Source: the human T2T-CHM13v2.0 reference genome, Homo sapiens
Assembly: GCF_009914755.1 (NCBI RefSeq)
Contig: NC_060925.1
Length of the DNA: 64,000 bases
Direction: 5' to 3' (one strand)
A model generated the notes under the pieces. The model was given only the letters and a program-made list of their open reading frames with translations. It was not told the DNA's origin and searched no databases. Of this stretch, positions 1 to 16,155 are shown one piece after another; position 1 is the first letter of the stretch, and every line of letters starts with the position of its first letter. The position numbers were made by a program, and so were the translations under genes.

Positions 1-735
1 AAGCCAAAAGGTAGAAGCAACTCAAGTGTCCATCAATGGTTGAATGGATAATCAAAATGTGATATGTATATTACAATGAAATATTAAAAAGGAAGGAAAT
101 TCTGACACATACTACAACAGGGATGAACCCTGAGGATGTCATGCCAAGTGAAATAAACCAGTCACAAAAATACAAACATTGTATGATTCCACTTACATGA
201 GATATGTAAAGTAGTCAGATTCCTAGAAACAGAAAGTAAAATGGCGATTGCAAAGGGCTGGAGGAAAGGAGGGTGGGAACCTATTGTTTAATGGGTACAG
301 ATTTCAGTTTGGGAAGATGAGTTCTGTGAATGGATGGTGGTGATGATAGCCCAACAACGTGAATGTACTAATGTCACTGTACACTTAGAAAGATTCAGAT
401 GGGGCTGGTGCAGTGGCTCATGCCTGTAATCCCAACAGTTTGGAAGGCCAAGGCGGGCAGATCCACAGGGTCAGGAGTTCAAGACCAGCCTGGCCAACAT
501 GGTGAAACCCTGTCTCTACTAGAAATACAAAAATTAGCCAGGTGTGGTGGCAGGCACCAGTAGTCCCAGCTACTCAGGAGGCTGATGCAGGAGAATCACT
601 TGAACCTGGGAGGCAGAGGTGGCAGTGTCATTGCACTCCAGCCTGGGTGACAGAGCGAGACTCTGTCTCAAAAAAAAAAAAAAGAAAGATTCAGATGGTA
701 AATTTTATGTATATTTTAACACAATTTTTAAACTT
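1..735 (+). mobile_element. Old L1 (L1MB-like) 3' end, split by an Alu at 403-683
   Basis: caagtgtccatcaatggttgaatggata...atgaaccctgagg...gtatgattccacttacatga...gatggtaaattttatg resembles the L1M 3'UTR. Confidence 0.8.
403..683 (+). mobile_element. AluS with 15-bp TSD
   Basis: Alu dimer plus A tail; TSD GAAAGATTCAGATGG at 388-402 and 684-698. Confidence 0.95.
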
Positions 736-1537
736 CTTCAAAAATATGTATATCACACACCCAGGAAATCTGTTCCTCATCTCCTGTTGCACCACCTTTC
801 TCCCATCCCCAACAGGAGGGAAAAAAACCTTCTGGGACCCCTTCTCAAGGTCTCTCCCATAAAGGGCAGCCTACGGGGTCTTCCTCTGCCATTCCTGGGG
901 TCTTGGAGCCTGGATAAGTGGTAGGCAAGGGTTTGGAAGCTGTAGCTGCTAGCGCATAACCTGCTGATGGCAACACCAGTTTCATTCTTGTCCCCCCTCT
1001 GCCCTGCCCCTGGGGAGCTGCAGGAGGGTTCTCCTGAGTGTCCTGGCTCTCAACCTGGGAGAAGGGGGAAAAGACAAGCCTTTGGTTCCCAGCCTTGGCC
1101 CCCTCCTTTCCACTTCTCACTTCCCTGTGTTCAGTTATTCTCTGAAGCATATTTGAACACTCTTGGGTACAAATGTGTTCTCCGTGGAGTCCATTGAATA
1201 GTTTGTGCATTGGCCTGATCTAGCAATCAATGGACAGTTTAACCAATTGCTTCTTTTCCTCAGATTTTCTCAGGTAACTCCCTAGTGCTATCCCCTAGAC
1301 AACACTAAATCTGGAGAAATAAAGCTTTGTTAATGTTTTTGGATAGTTTCCAAGCTGCACAGCTTCATGGATGACCACCAGTAGGCATCATAAATGTTCA
1401 ATTATGCTGAAACAATTATGAAAGTGTGCCTGGGTGATCCCTGCATTTGATAGCATGTGGATATTTTTTAAGGCCCACAATTAAGACCAGTGAGAAGCAA
1501 TGCTCTAACACATTCTTCTGTTTCATCTATTTCCTAG

Positions 1538-1674
1538 ACACGTGTTCTTTATGAATTCCTGCAACCTGGAAGTCAAAGGTACGCAGCTCAACCGCATGGC
1601 CCTCTGTGTATCCAACTGCCCTGAAGAGCAGCTTGACTCCCTGGAAGAGGTCCAGTTCTTTGCAAACACCAGTG
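1538..1674 (+). CDS. SLC44A3: SLC44A3/CTL3 coding exon (probably exon 4), 137 nt, phase 2 to 1
   Basis: ttcctag|ACACGTG ... ACCAGTG|gtaggc; translates (K)HVFFMNSCNLEVKGTQLNRMALCVSNCPEEQLDSLEEVQFFANTS(G), the CTL-family Cys-rich first extracellular loop. Confidence 0.97.
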
Positions 1675-2523
1675 GTAGGCACTAAGGCCTGGTTTGTTCT
1701 TTTCCCCATGATGGGGTAAGCTGTGGGGACCTAGATGAGATCATTTACCCTGACTCTGCTTTCTCTGGAAAGCTGGAAGTTTTACTTCCTTGTGGGTGCC
1801 TCTTTTTGTGTGGAAAAGGCCGTAAGCATTTTCTCTTGAGCTTGTTCAGGTTATTTTTTTTCTATCTGGATTTATCTGAAGCCCTAGCTATTCCGTGTAT
1901 GCTCCCTGCCACTGCAGGGAATGGTCATCCACAGAGAGAGAGAGGAGACAGCCCACATTTAAGACCCAAAGGCGGTGTCAGAAGGAAGGCAGAGAGCTCC
2001 ATGCACGTGGGCACATCCGGTCCTAGAGATGTACGTGCAGGCTGCGCGTAGAATTGCTGACAAATTGGTCTTTTCATGAGATTTTTGGGGCCAATAGATA
2101 CTTCCACTGAGCAGTGGGATGTCACAAGTTGTACCAGAAGCACTTGTATAACTAAAATACCTTGTACTGGGTCCACTGTTTAGAATTTTATCTGTCTGAG
2201 AAATGGTTTGCCAGATTTTTAAAAATTATTTGCAAAGCCAGGTTTAAACTATCAAGCTTCTACAAGAAATTGTTTTCAAATATGCTTCAGATTATTTTAG
2301 GACCAATCATATAACTTTTAGTTTTGAATTTGGGGTTTTGAAGAGAAAGTAAGGAAGAGAGGCCCTCACTAGACCTCAGATTGTATGCCTATTACTTTTG
2401 TGTTTCTGTCACCCATAGACCTTGTAGTTGATTCTTTCTCCTTTCTGGTTTGGTAACATGGCTGTGGTTTCCTTACTGACTCACCTGGAAAGAAGGTATA
2501 ATGTCTGTGTGTTCTGCTTCCAG

Positions 2524-2617
2524 GGTCCTTCCTGTGTGTTTATAGTTTGAATTCCTTCAACTATACCCACAGTCCAAAAGCAGACTCACTGTGTCCCAGG
2601 CTACCAGTTCCTCCAAG
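2524..2617 (+). CDS. SLC44A3: SLC44A3 coding exon (probably exon 5), 94 nt, phase 1 to 2
   Basis: cttccag|GGTCC ... CCTCCAAG|gtaaaa; (G)SFLCVYSLNSFNYTHSPKADSLCPRLPVPP(S); contains N-glycosylation sequon NYT. Confidence 0.97.
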
Positions 2618-2989
2618 GTAAAAGCTTCCATACTTTTTCCTTAACTCTAAACAAAAGTTACTGGGTACTTGGTGTGCATCTGTTACTCTTCTAGGCATTG
2701 TGGGAAGGAGATATCAGAAGAGCCCCTGCCTGCAGGGAGCTTACAGTCTACGGAGGCCAGCGATAAAAACATGGAGGGACTATTTGCAGTATGCCTATGG
2801 ACAGTGGATTAGAAATCAGGCTAAATAAGGAGAAAACTCAGCAAGCAATAAAAATACACGTAGTCTTCAAAGAACACTAGAGCTAGCAAGAAGTAACTTA
2901 TGAATTATTACTAACGGGGTGATTTTATAAATTAGTGTGTATTTTTTTCTACTCCAATTATTTATTGCAAAGTAGAAATCATTTACTTT

Positions 2990-3372
<383 letters not shown>

Positions 3373-4219
3373 TTATTGCTCTAGATATCTTCATAAGAAA
3401 CAGACCAGATGGACAAGGCCAAGTGATCACCACACCTTTCTTAATGAAAACAGAAAGCACAGGTCCTTATCAAGAGTACACTTGGTGGGCTCCTTGCAAG
3501 GTCTTATTCACCCCTGTAAATTAGTGTACTACCTGGCACATGGTAGGCACCTTACAAATATTTGTAGAATAAAGTTGTAATGATGGAACGGTGGTTGCAT
3601 TGCCATGGCGAATGGCTCATGTTTACACCTTTGAGAAGGCTAAGGGGAAAAATACAATGAGTGTTTATTGCCACCATTATGATGCTGAGATGTACTAAAG
3701 GAAAACTTGTATTGATTTTGAATTGTCATTCTTTTGAAAAATGTGAGTATGTTTACAATGTAGGAGACCTCTCTGAAAAATCCCTGAGAAATAATGATTA
3801 TTTAATTAAAACAAAGCATTATTCCAATCCTCTAGGGTGGTGTTTATTGAACTCTTGTTTGGGACTTACAGTAAGAAATTTATTACATCCCAACTCCTGT
3901 ATGCACATACCTTCATATGTCCTTACATATATAAAACAAAACTAGAAATCTCACAAAACAACATTTACCCTTATTACATATGATTCACACTCTTAGTTAC
4001 TACTCTGTTGCCTTTTTAAAAATAATGTATTTCATAGTCTTATAACTGGTTGCAAGTGAAGCTTGAAAAATGCTGAACTAGCAGGTGCTCACAAACACAA
4101 AGAGACTTGAGAAGGTTTAAATCACATCGGAGGCAGAAAATAGCCATTTTGTGATATTCTTTTCTAAAATAAATACTCCATGTTGTAAGTAATTGAAGGA
4201 GGAGAGAACTATTTGCTGA

Positions 4220-4541
<322 letters not shown>

Positions 4542-4889
4542 TATAATATCTTATTTTTAAAATTCTGGTAATTGTAAATGTGTTTATGATATTTTACATT
4601 CTGGTAAAATGTAAGGTATCATAAACACATCTTAATGAAACATACTGAACCCAATTTAAAAAAAAACTAGAATGTTTTAGTAATAGGTGGAAGGAAAATT
4701 CTCTAGCACTTGGAGAGGAGGACTTTTTTAAGAACACAATTTGTAACTGTAGATGTAACTACGGATGGAATTGAAAGAGAATGGAATTTTTAAGGTTGTA
4801 ATTTAACCAGAGTTGGATAAACTCTCTTCTTACTATAAATGGGATGGCAACCATAATTCCACAGGAAGCTTATATCTTGATACTTATGA

Positions 4890-5100
4890 TGATAATGGCA
4901 AACATTTATTGAGCTTTTGATACTTTTCTAAACCCTTAACATAATTTGGGCCTCAGAAAACGTCTATATTGTAGGTATTGTTTTCATCCCTATCTTACAA
5001 CTGAGAAAACTGATGCAGAGAGGTTTAAGTTCATACATCCAGCAAATGGAAAAGCTGGCATTCAAACCCAAGCAGCGTCTATGTTTGAGTCAAGACTTGA
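4890..5100. mobile_element. MIR fragment
   Basis: catttattgagc...tatcttacaactgagaaaactgatgcagagaggtttaag...ggcattcaaaccca. Confidence 0.65.
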
Positions 5101-5922
5101 TTTTATTTTGACTGGTGAGTGGCCTTCCTAGACTCACATCAAGCTGGGAGAAAGAGTCTCCGTATCCTGTGTCATAATAGCACCATTTCTTCTCACTCTC
5201 AAGCCAGCCCTAGTCCTTTTCACCCTAAATGCAAATGTTTCCAATACTAACTTTTCAAGTAAAGACAAAACCCTTGACTGAGTGGCCTTTTTTGGACAGA
5301 AAGAGAGAGAGAAATAGCCTCAAGGGCTCCATTCCCTTTTCCTGCACAAGCAAGTGTTTGTTTAAGGTGAAAATGATCATATTTATCATGGAATAGCAGT
5401 GCCAAGACTGAAAAGCTGGAAAACATGAGAAGGGTGGCTATAGGGCCAAAGAACATTTTCTAAATACCTCTTTTTGACTAAACTGATTGTTTCTTCCTCG
5501 TCTGTTGGTCATGTGAGGTATAACGTACCCTTTTCGAGTAATGGCTAAATATCAAGGAATTTGTGGACCTAGGTATGAGCTTTTAAGAGCAGTGAAAAAG
5601 CACTACAGAAGATAACAAGCAAATAGATCTTTTTTCACTTTGGTGTTCAACATGGTAATGTATTTTGAGTCCCTCATGTATTCAAAATCTAAAAGGCGTG
5701 GATATTTTCCCCCCAGTAAATTCTAGTTCTACTCTCCCACATAGGTGCCTGTGCATGTCACTGCATGGTTTGCTCAGCTGAATTCCATATACCTGGTGAT
5801 CTAAATATACAGGCAGCTTACCCAATGACTTCCTGCAAGTTTGAGTGGCTTTGCTAATGGGAAGAAGAAAAGCAGAAGTGGTGAAGAAACCTCAGGCCAT
5901 GGCCTAAAGATGCATCCCTGTG

Positions 5923-6207
5923 AGCCGGGCATAGTGGCTCACATCTGTAATCCCAGCACTTTGGAAGGGCGAGGCGGGCAGATCACCTGAGGTCAGGACC
6001 AGCTTGGCCAACAATGGTGAAAGCCCGTCTCTACTAAAAATACAAAAATTAGCTGGGTGTGATGGCAGGCGCCTGTAATCCCAGCTACTTGGGGAGGCTG
6101 AGGCAGGAGAATAACTTGAACCTGGGAGGTGGAGGTTGCAGTGAGCCAAGACCACGCCATTGCACTCCAGCCTGGGTGACAAGAGCAAGACTCCATCTAA
6201 AAAAAAA
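5923..6207 (+). mobile_element. AluSq/Sx-like
   Basis: Alu dimer; TSD aaagatgcatccct on both sides. Confidence 0.93.
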
Positions 6208-6722
6208 GATGCATCCCTACCCCAGCTAATGAAATACTCTAAATCTCGAAAGGCGTAGCAGTTACATAGATGTGTATGTTTATCAAAGTCTCTAATTTTA
6301 TGTTTAAGATCAGTGTATTTCATTGTATATAAATATTGCCTCAGTAAAAATAAGAGGAATTCCTTACATTCTGAAGTGTATTAAGTTAAAAAAAAAACAA
6401 ATAATAGAACAGTGTGCAGTATACTTTTGCATAAAAAGTGGAAAATGTAAGTATAAACCTATAAATATATATATCTAGGTATATATTTGCTTGTATAACC
6501 ATTATTACATCAAGCATGACTTACAGGATGTAGTCAGAAAGCAATTTAATTTTTGTCTTTCTCTGTCTCTTTAAATTTATTCAGTGGGACTAGTTTTTTC
6601 TGCCCCTGAATAAAAACACAGGCAATTCCCAAGGCTTCTCTGGTAACTTTTAGGTAATACATACTGAGTCACTTTAAGTTGCAACAGACACTTTCAATTC
6701 AATAATTAAAATGTTCAGCCCA

Positions 6723-7020
<298 letters not shown>

Positions 7021-8514
7021 AATATTCAGCCCAATGTGATAAACTTCTCACTTGATCGGAGGTTCAAACTTCTGCCCCCTGCACGCTTGGCCCAGGAGCA
7101 AGTGGGAAGGCCATAGTCCAGGAAGGAGGCTGTAGTCAGCCTCCCTTCTCCTCTGTTTATTCCTGCCCTCCTCTCCCAGCTTGCTGAAACAGGTTTTGTC
7201 TAAGGGGCTGGTGCAGCAAAAGTGAAGGAAGAAAATAGTAGCAGGAACACATTTACTTGTCTGATACTAGCACCAGCATTCTCTGGGCTTGGGAGATGTC
7301 CCGGCCAGCTCTTTCCCTCATGGGCATGTTTTGGGTTCTTCGGGGCTCTTTCAGCTGCAGTGCCTTTCATGTAGTCTAATGCATCTGTGCTCTGGCTGGT
7401 CATGTGAGAGGCTTTCCTCAGTCCTGAGGCATTAATTAGCTACCTCAGAGAGCAGCCACCTCCAGCTCCTTCTGCCAAGGTCCCCACAGCCTTCTACAGG
7501 GCTGTCTTAGACACGATCGGTGGCACCCCATCACTGGGACTTGTGCACATGCAGCCCACAACTAGACCCCAGGAAGCCCTCTGCACCCTTTGCCCTGACA
7601 AATGCCCTGGGGGCTCTTAACTCCCCAGCTGTAGCTCTCTGCTCTGCTGTTAAAGCCGCTCACCCTCCAGATTTCTTGGGGTGGCTCAGACCTTAAGCCA
7701 GGGGATTCCCTAAGCTCTCTGAGTTTTCCATGAAACCCTTCTCATCTGACTTAGGAAAATGGGGATGGAGTCACATGACAAGTCTAGTAAAAAAAAAAAA
7801 TTTCAACTCTTCAAAAATTACTCTTCTAATGATTCTCTGCACTTGTCATCACCTGTGCAGAGTAGATTTTACTATATGCAAATAAAAATTAAAATCAAGA
7901 TGTCAGGATCTTAGGATAGTGTGTAGAGGGTGACAAATTAAATGACTAATAAGGAGCTGATGTGAGTAACTTTGGAAAACAGCTTTGTGACTAGATACTG
8001 TAAGCTAAAGACAAAAGGAACTGTATACAAACACTGTACTCCAGATAGTACATTTGTTTGTCACATAGCTACTGGTTAACAATTGTTTTTCTCATTTTTT
8101 AAAAATTCCCTAAACAATACAGTATAATGGTTAGCAATTCTGAAATTACATACTAGAATCGATTATAGGGCCTAGAATCAGTAATACCCCACCATACCCA
8201 ATACCCAGATCATGGTTTCTAATCATTGGTCTTCAAGGGTTCTTTGGAGAAATGGCAGGTTCTAGGACTTGGATAAGGAAAATACCAGCTACGTCTGGTA
8301 TCATCATCCTGTAGCATCAGAAAGTAAGGAAGTGCTCAAGAAAGAAAAAGAATGGGTCTTGTCAAAAGGACACAGATGACTCGTAGTGGCCAAAGCTGGA
8401 ATAGATTGAATAACACAATTAAGATTATAACCCAAAGAAAAGAATAAATGTTGATGAGGCCATACTGATATGAATAAATAATTGAATAAATAAATAAATG
8501 GGGGGAAGGGATAA

Positions 8515-8813
<299 letters not shown>

Positions 8814-9164
8814 TGAAAGGGATAAATCTTTACTTCTTCCTCCAAGAGGTGGAATTTCCCTCCCTTTGAGAGTGGGCTAGGCTTAGTGACTCATTTCCAA
8901 GGATAGAGAGGGAAAAGAGAAAAATAACAACTTTACAAGGAGAAACCCGGCAGGTACCACCTTAACTAGGTGATCAAGGTCAACTTCACCAGTGTTGTCA
9001 TGTTCCTCGATAGGATTCTATGAGAAAGGCACTTCACCTCTGTGGCACTGTCCCAAAAACCTGTTGACTGTAGCCTAATCATGAGAAAACATGAGAGAAA
9101 TTCTACAAATTAAGGGACATTTTACAAAATACCTGACTATGAATCTTCAGAAATGTCAAGGTCA

Positions 9165-9332
<168 letters not shown>

Positions 9333-10665
9333 TCATGACCAAAGAGGAGACGTGACAATAAAATGCCATGTGCTATCCTGAATTAGATCCTGGAATAGAA
9401 AAAGGATGTTACGGTGAAATCCAAATAAAGGCTGTAGTTTAGTTAGTAGTTTAGTGACAATGTTAAATCTTAATTTTCACAAATATACTGTGGTTATGTA
9501 AGACATTTACATTAGGGGAATGTGAGTGAAGGATACACAGAGGAACCCTCCACCATCGTTACAATTTTTTTGTAACTCTAAAATTATTCAGAAATTTAAA
9601 GTTTACTTTTAAAAATGCTCTGCTTATCAACTTCCAACTCTTTTATGCTCTCAGCATGGATGTGGGTTTAAGAATAATCTAACCACTTTTCTCCCACCTC
9701 TTTTTTGGCATGCCCTGAATGGTGGAGTCTGGCGTCTCATTTTGGAGTAGAATTTTTATTATCTTTGAGCTCAGCCGCAAATTCCATTTAAACTTCCTAT
9801 GATATTTACATATGCTAATAAAAGTCTCTAGAATGGTTTGCAAGAAACCAAAAATCATGGGTGCCTGTGAGGAAATGTACTTCGGTAGCTCAAGGACAAG
9901 GAAAGGCAATTTCTTGCTGTTTGGTCTCTTGTACTTTTTGGAATTTAAGCCATGTGAATGTATTACCCCTTCAAAAATGTAATTACAAAAAACACCGTTT
10001 GTGTTACTCTTCTCTTGAACCACTATCCAGTGACTCAGGAACTGTTTCTGTAATATTGAGACTTCTGGAGAAAGATTCTTCCACGTGTTCTATGTTGTGC
10101 TTCATTAGAAGCTTGGGAAGTCATTTCTTTTCTTCAGGGCAATGAAATCTTTTAACATTTGGATTCTCCTTTGTTTCATTCTTATACATTGCACAAAATG
10201 ATTGGTGATTGGGTTTTGAGCAGCTTTTTAGATAATTTGACACTTCTTTGGTTGGGATTATTTCCACCATTTGGGGTTCATGGAAAGAAAGAAGAACAGG
10301 ACCCTGTGAAGGTATCAGTGGCCTCATGAAGATTCATTAGAATGCATATTGCTAGGCTTTTTTACATTTCAGGAAGAAGCTAAAAAAAGGTCAACTTTCT
10401 CATCTACCCAAGGCAGTTATCAACTGCAGCATCAATCACACATTTACTATCCATTTATTGAGCACCCACTGTTCATAGCAAGGCTCTCAAGCCTCATATG
10501 CCTTCCTAAACAGGACGGAATTAAGCTAATAGTGTCATTAACACAGCTTCTGTCTCATCCAGTTCACATCCCTAATAGTTCCTTACAGAAATAAAATTCT
10601 TTTGTTGGGGTTGGTAGTTTGTGTCTAAGAAGGGCTAAGACAGGAGAATAAAAATTGTGGTTCCC

Positions 10666-11488
<823 letters not shown>

Positions 11489-11741
11489 TGTTGCTCCCCA
11501 AGTTTAGGTTTTTGGTTTCTGTGGGTTCCCATAATCAACTTCCTATTCAGAACATCAGCTAATCGATGTAGCAGAGCATACTTGCCTGGCTTTCTAAGGT
11601 GTGCTCTGCAAATGGCATGCTAGACGCCTCTCTATTACTGTAGTTCTTAAGCTTTTTTGGTTATTGAGAATGTTAAATAAACATCTTTTAAAGATAAATG
11701 TTAAATAAACATTTTTGCCATCTTTTTTTCTCTATTTTTAG

Positions 11742-11902
11742 CAAGTCATTTCCCTTATTTAACCGATGTGTCCCTCAAACACCTGAGTGCTACTCCCTAT
11801 TTGCATCTGTTTTGATAAATGATGTTGACACCCTCCACCGAATTCTAAGTGGAATCATGTCGGGAAGAGATACAATCCTTGGCCTGTGTATCCTCGCATT
11901 AG
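11742..11902 (+). CDS. SLC44A3: SLC44A3 coding exon (probably exon 6), 161 nt, phase 2 to 1
   Basis: tttttag|CAAGTCA ... GCATTAG|gtaatt; (S)KSFPLFNRCVPQTPECYSLFASVLINDVDTLHRILSGIMSGRDTILGLCILAL(A), with the CTL-family 'RCVP' motif; ORF 11698..11922. Confidence 0.97.
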
Positions 11903-12924
11903 GTAATTCTCAGTTAAGTTAATTTTAATAGTTGTTTATGGAATGCCAAAGTTCCTAGCATTTTATATGTTGTACAATGAAAATTAGCCTCTTGTTTTAA
12001 ATATAAAACTCTGTATTTTTAATAGATATTTTCAGTGTTTCAGATTTAAGTGGGATGGGGGCAATACGAATAGAGGAGCGGCTGGCCCTCTGGCAGAAAG
12101 CCTCAGTGGGTAGGGTTGCCTTGATATACTGACCATGTTCTAGTGTCTGCTCCTCACTGGGGATGGGTATATAAAGCAGATTGCCAATTTGTGGATGGGA
12201 CATGAAAAATACAACTGTCAGGGTGACCAGAAACCATGTCTTCTGGCCAAACATGCCTCCACCTGTAGGTGGATCAGAAAGCAGATCAGAAAGCTGCTTG
12301 GTGAGCAGGGCAAGGACATGTATGCATCCATGTTAAATGGAGTCAGACTGCAAGGGCCTGCTGTATCCTGCTCCTCTAAGGGACATACCTGCTTTGGGTT
12401 GTAGACAGGTCAAGGCCTTCAGCCTTCTCTGGGCATTTCTGGAAGCAGCTACCCACTCTTGATCTTTTGAGTTCCCATTTTCTATGTTTCAGTTGGCTGA
12501 AATCAAGAGCCAACTTTCTCTTTGAACAGGTGAATACACTCTGCCCCTTTAGACAGTGGTAAGAGCCTATTGTCTCCTCGCTTTCCAGTGGCAGCCCACA
12601 AACCTCTTGGTAGAGAGAAACTCTTTGGTCAGACATTAACATATTTCTAACAGTTAACAAATTGAGTTTTCCACAATTTCATTACTAAAAGGTTCCTAAT
12701 TCCTGAATGCTTGGGGATATTTAACTAGTCACTATTATGACTTTCAGACTTCTTACTTAGGCTGAAAATGACTTCAATTGACTCAAACAAGATGCTTTGA
12801 CTCCCAAATACTGGCTTGGTTACAATATATAACAAAAAAACCTCAGGTTATTCCTGATATCTTATATAATGACCTAATGTCCCTGCAAGGACATTGTCAT
12901 GTGCTTATTAGATTCATAATGGTA

Positions 12925-13145
12925 TTAACAGCTGTCGTTTACTGAGCACTTACCATGTGCCAGGCATTGTACTTATTCTTCACTCATTAAAACCTCATCA
13001 GAATCCCAGTACCACTCATAGGAGATGAAACTGAGGCTTAGAGAGGTTTAGGACTTGGCCAGTGTTGCACACCTAGGAGAAGAGGTGGCAGAACTAAGAC
13101 TCAAACCCAGATCTGTGTGGTCCCAAAACCCACCTTACTAAACAT
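12925..13145. mobile_element. MIR
   Basis: tttactgagcacttaccatgtgccaggc...gaaactgaggcttagagagg...gactcaaacccagatct. Confidence 0.8.
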
Positions 13146-13407
13146 AACTCTGATCTAGATGCAATCCTGATTTCCTATGTCGAAAATAGTACATACAGCT
13201 TATTTCATGGTTAGGATCTTAAATTCTTCATTTTAAAGACATTATTAATCTTTCATATTTAATAAGAGTACCTTAGAACATGTAAAGTTAGAACTTTACA
13301 TAAGCCCAGTATGAAGTCAAAAGATTTAAGTATGATAATTTTAGATGGTTCATTTGGACTTGTAAGAAAAAAAGATTTGGGCATTTGAGAATAATATTGC
13401 TATAAAA

Positions 13408-13735
<328 letters not shown>

Positions 13736-13978
13736 TGAGAAGAATACTAGGACTTTCAGAGACAGGCTTACCACACTTGATTGAATGGTGCATCAGAGAC
13801 TGCCCCACGTATACCTTGTTATTTTTATTTAGTGTTTAGTAGATATCCCAAGATATTTAGAGATTGAATACAATCCTCAGCCGTCACTGTTCTGGAGGGT
13901 TTTGTCATCGCAGTACTACCATCATCTCCCCTATCCTTTGTTGCTATTGAGGTTTATGTGTTTTGCTTAATTTTTCAG

Positions 13979-14068
13979 CCTTGTCTTTGGCCATGATGTT
14001 TACCTTCAGATTCATCACCACCCTTCTGGTTCACATTTTCATTTCATTGGTTATTTTGGGATTGTTGT
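13979..14068 (+). CDS. SLC44A3: SLC44A3 coding exon (probably exon 7), 90 nt, symmetric phase 1
   Basis: ttttcag|CCTTG ... TTGTTGT|gtaagt; (A)LSLAMMFTFRFITTLLVHIFISLVILGLL(F), transmembrane. Confidence 0.96.
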
Positions 14069-14204
14069 GTAAGTATTTCTCTACTTGACTGATTTCTTTT
14101 CGATTAAATGAAAAGCCTTTACATTAAGTACAGAACTTAAAAGTTGGCATTTTTAAGCTACATGGAGTCTTAAAGAGTATCTAGCCCTGTCACTTTACAA
14201 ATGA

Positions 14205-14627
<423 letters not shown>

Positions 14628-14987
14628 TAGTTTCTTCTGCTGTGCTATGCTGCCCCTGAGATGAGCTTTCCAATACCGTGATCCTGTATCCATAACGTTA
14701 AAAGAGAATCCCAGTACCCACTGGGAGCATTTTAAAGGATTTCTTCTGAATGCGCACCTCACCCATTGGCACGTGGGTGCCCACAGTTGTCATGTAAAGG
14801 TTCTGACCAGCCAGAAGACACACAGGCCTGCATGGAAGCAGAGTCCTGGAGACCCTGTACTGTGCCCATATTTCCCTCCCGGTTGCTGGATTGTGGATCT
14901 CACCAGCAGTTGTTGGGAAAGAGGTCCGAGGGACAAGGGCACGCAGGAGGCTCAAGGCAGCAGCCATTTACCAACTGGTGTGGGGTA

Positions 14988-15326
14988 CAATCAGGTGTCA
15001 CTTAATGACAGGAAGGGATGTGTTCTGAGAAATGCATCACTCAGCAATTTCCTCATTGTGTGAACATCACAGGGTGCACTTACACAAACCTAGATGGTAG
15101 AGCCTACTACACACCCAGGCACATGGTATAACCTATTACTCCTAGGCTACGAACCTGCACAGCATGCTACTGTACAGAATACGGTTGGCAGCTGTAACAG
15201 AATGGTCAGTATTTGTGTATCTAAACACATCTAAGCACAGAAAAGTACAGTATTATTAATCTCATGAACCACCATCATATATGCAGTCCATTGTTGATCA
15301 AAATGTCATCATGCAGTGGATGACTA
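14988..15326. mobile_element. Tigger3a/MER7A-type TcMar MITE
   Basis: TA on both flanks, degenerate terminal inverted repeats (caatcaggtgtcacttaatgac / gtcatcatgcagtggatgacta), internal acacaaacctagatggtagagcctactacac. Confidence 0.85.
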
Positions 15327-16030
15327 TATTTTAATTTTTAAAAACTGATGTGATTGTCATGTTTCTTTCCCCTGAGTCATCAGCTCTGCCCTCAGCAACT
15401 TAGAGCCCTGTAGCCCTGTGTCGGAGGACAGGCACAATGACTTCTGAGGGTTGTTTCTTCCTGTCCACTCCAACCTTCCTATAGTTACTGTGGATATGGC
15501 ATAAGGTGGTATTTCGTACCTAAATGTGGAGTACTTGCAATGTCAGGGCATCTTCCAAATGAGCTTCTGACTTCCATGATTCCCACAGGCCGTGTAAATT
15601 TTCCTGGTTTTGTGGGTGAGCAGCCAATATCCAGGCTCCACAGGAGTTATCACCACCAGAGCTTGCTTAAAACATTTAGACAGTGAGCTCTGGCATTGTC
15701 CCTCTCACCATCCTGTCCATGGGGTTTTCCTCCTGCTCGCATCCAGACCCAACCTGTGGGTTAGGTGCCTGTGTTCTGGGGTCACCATCCTGGGTCTCCC
15801 AAAACAAGCATCATCCCAGAACTTGTGGGTCCTCTATGGGTTGCCCTGGCTCTGCCCAGCTTCTCCAGAGGGCAGCAGTTGCTTGTAGGGTCCGGGTATT
15901 TGGGACCCACTGCCAGAGCAGTGCCACGCGGCCGGTGGGCAGTGGCTGGACTTCCTGTGTGATTCTGTGTGCTGGGGAAAGGTTACCTCATGGCGTGTGC
16001 CCTGAGCTCTGCTACTGTTCTCTTTTCTAG

Positions 16031-16155
16031 TTGTCTGCGGTGTTTTATGGTGGCTGTATTATGACTATACCAACGACCTCAGCATAGAATTGGACACAGA
16101 AAGGGAAAATATGAAGTGCGTGCTGGGGTTTGCTATCGTATCCACAGGCATCACG
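16031..16155 (+). CDS. SLC44A3: SLC44A3 coding exon (probably exon 8), 125 nt, phase 1 to 0
   Basis: tttctag|TTGTC ... ATCACG|gtaaga; (F)VCGVLWWLYYDYTNDLSIELDTERENMKCVLGFAIVSTGIT. Confidence 0.96.
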
